From Lentisphaeria bacterium (GTDB lineage: Bacteria > Verrucomicrobiota > Lentisphaeria > JABSQK01 > JAWLHB01), in the NCBI GenBank assembly GCA_041690595.1, contig JAWLHB010000005.1, forward strand, positions 248,001 through 288,694: 40,694 nt of DNA, given 5' to 3'. The notes beneath the pieces were generated by a model, which did no database searches, was not told where the DNA came from, and saw only the letters and a program-made list of their open reading frames with translations. A program made the translations under genes and the position numbers. Positions within the stretch are counted from its first letter, which is position 1, and the number at the start of each line of letters is the position of its first letter. Shown here piece after piece: positions 39,503-40,694 of the stretch.

Positions 39503-39592
39503 GCCGATCCGTTCGTCGATGCCCCTGCCGTTCCAGTAGTTCACGTAGACCCGCACGTGGTTGACGCTGCCGTTGCCGCCGCGGTCGAGGTG
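39503..39592 (-). pseudogene. Upstream remnant of the cassette A Rhs
   Basis: 'HLDRGGNGSVNHVRVYVNYWNGRGIDERIG' aligns with 'LVDLDSNGTVDFTRTYWDDPTIDKRIG' of cassette B; cut off at the repeat cluster. Confidence 0.7.
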
Positions 39593-39601
39593 ACGGGCAT
39601 G

Positions 39602-39975
39602 CACCACGGAGGCACGGAGACACGGAGATGGGGCGGTGTAACTCGGAGGGACACGAAGAAAGCTCAGAGGATTAACCGCAAAGAGCGCAGAAAGGGCAAG
39701 GCCGCAGATAGGCACCTTGGCTCATGTGGTTCACCACGAAGAACTCGAAGGGACACGAAGGAGGATTAACCACAAAGAACGCAAAGAGCGCAACGAGCAG
39801 GCAAGTCTTGGCAGCTGCACGGAATTGAGTTCATCGCAATCAGGATGATTGCGGCCACCTCGGCAAGCTGGAATGCTGGACGCGGGGTGTAGCCGGGAGG
39901 GCGGGGATGGGCGGAGTTATGCAGGAGGATTAACCACAAAGAACGCAAAGATTGCAAAGAGCGGGCAAGGGGAAG
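39602..39975 (+). repeat. Cluster of 9-nt-period triple repeats (right boundary of the Rhs array)
   Basis: gaggattaacc(a/g)caaag.. units at 39667, 39761 and 39925; caccacggaggcacggagacacggag at 39602; caccacgaag.. at 39732. Confidence 0.75.
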
Positions 39976-40038
39976 CGCGGCATCGGCCTGAAGGGCGCAC
40001 TCCAACTGTCGGCGTGAAACTATATTTCCATTCTGGGC

Positions 40039-40066
40039 TTGACGTTTGGGTTATTGATGATATAGT
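40039..40066 (+). promoter_or_regulatory. Putative sigma70 promoter upstream of the terS-like ORF
   Basis: TTGACG, 16 bp, TATAGT in AT-rich DNA; ggaggg RBS before ATG 40126. Confidence 0.55.
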
Positions 40067-40125
40067 TTAAGGTTGGTTACTTTGGGTAATTGTGGGTTTA
40101 TAATTGAGTAAGGGGAGGGTGTGGG

Positions 40126-40674
40126 ATGAGGGGACTGAGCAAGCGGATGCGGCGGTTCGCGGGGGAGTATGTGAAGGATTTCTGTGCGGCAAAGGCGGCG
40201 CTGCGGGCGGGTTATGCGGAGTCGTTCGCAAAGGCACGAGCGTCGGAGTTGCTGCAGGATGGGCGGGGTTCGGGGAACCGATGTGCCGGGACCGAGGAAT
40301 CGACCGAGGTTTTGGGATGGGGCGAGGCGAGGGAGGCCACTCAGGAGAGTGGCATGTGCGGGGGGCGCGGGAGGAGTGATGGAGGTTGGGAAGGGGCAAC
40401 GTCCAACGCCGGTGCCACTCAGGCGAGTGGCGTGTGCGGGGGTCGCTGGAGGAGTGATGGAGGTTGGGAAGGGGCAACGCCCAACGCCGGGGCCACTCAG
40501 GCGAGTGGCGTGCCCAGGAATGCGACCGAGGAATTGACCGAGGTTTTGAGCGTGACCGAGGAGGGAATGGCAGGGCCGTTGAGGGCGATGGCGCTAGTCG
40601 CGGTTCGGAGAACCCCTCCCAACTATGTATGCCTTCAAGTGTTCATGGCTAAAAGATCTCCAGATTTTTTATGA
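40126..40674 (+). CDS. Terminase small subunit-like N-terminal HTH (~45 aa) fused to repeat-derived sequence; possibly a pseudogene
   Basis: 'LSKRMRRFAGEYVKDFCAAKAALRAGYAESFAKARASELL' matches the phage TerS pattern L-x-x-K/R-x-x-x-F-x-x-EY-x-x-D..AA-x-RAGY. Confidence 0.6.
   Translation: MRGLSKRMRRFAGEYVKDFCAAKAALRAGYAESFAKARASELLQDGRGSGNRCAGTEESTEVLGWGEAREATQESGMCGGRGRSDGGWEGATSNAGATQASGVCGGRWRSDGGWEGATPNAGATQASGVPRNATEELTEVLSVTEEGMAGPLRAMALVAVRRTPPNYVCLQVFMAKRSPDFL
40291..40548. repeat. REP-like palindromic tandem array, 78-bp period, same family as 480-677
   Basis: GCCACTC-AGG(A/C)-GAGTGGC at 40336, 40414 and 40492, flanked by accgaggaat-N-gaccgaggtttt motifs. Confidence 0.8.
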
Positions 40675-40694
40675 ATGGCTGCGACGAGTGCGTC

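Overview
High-GC bacterial scaffold, probably from a PVC-group organism such as Lentisphaerota. That placement is inferred from gene content (N-methyl prepilin-like gene, GntR/LacI hybrid regulator, SBP-permease fusion), not from a search. Three zones. (1) 753-26864 is a carbohydrate-utilisation region without SusC/D. It holds a + strand GntR / large secreted NHL-FlgD protein / prepilin-like operon, convergent with a ~16 kb - strand operon (CE7 esterase, degenerate PHP protein, CBM9-like plus lyase-like protein, CBM-like protein, DUF4838-like protein, SBP-permease fusion, permease with a repeat insertion). A LacI-controlled M24-like / phosphotriesterase-like operon and a UroD-family gene follow. 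(2) ~27259-39592 is a - strand array of five orphan Rhs cassettes (A-E, right to left) with no full-length parent in the window. Four cassettes carry different predicted nuclease tips, each followed by a different putative immunity gene (LRR, unknown, pentapeptide repeat, SMI1/KNR4). The shared cores are recombination mosaics. The same 68-70 bp structured element sits at almost the same codon in two divergent Rhs cores. It supplies an in-frame TAG, is followed by an in-frame GTG/ATG, and its exact removal restores the frame; this is the most unusual signal in the window. (3) Both window ends carry REP-like palindromic arrays, and the right end has a terminase-small-subunit-like ORF reading into the repeats. 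All product calls come from motif recognition by eye.
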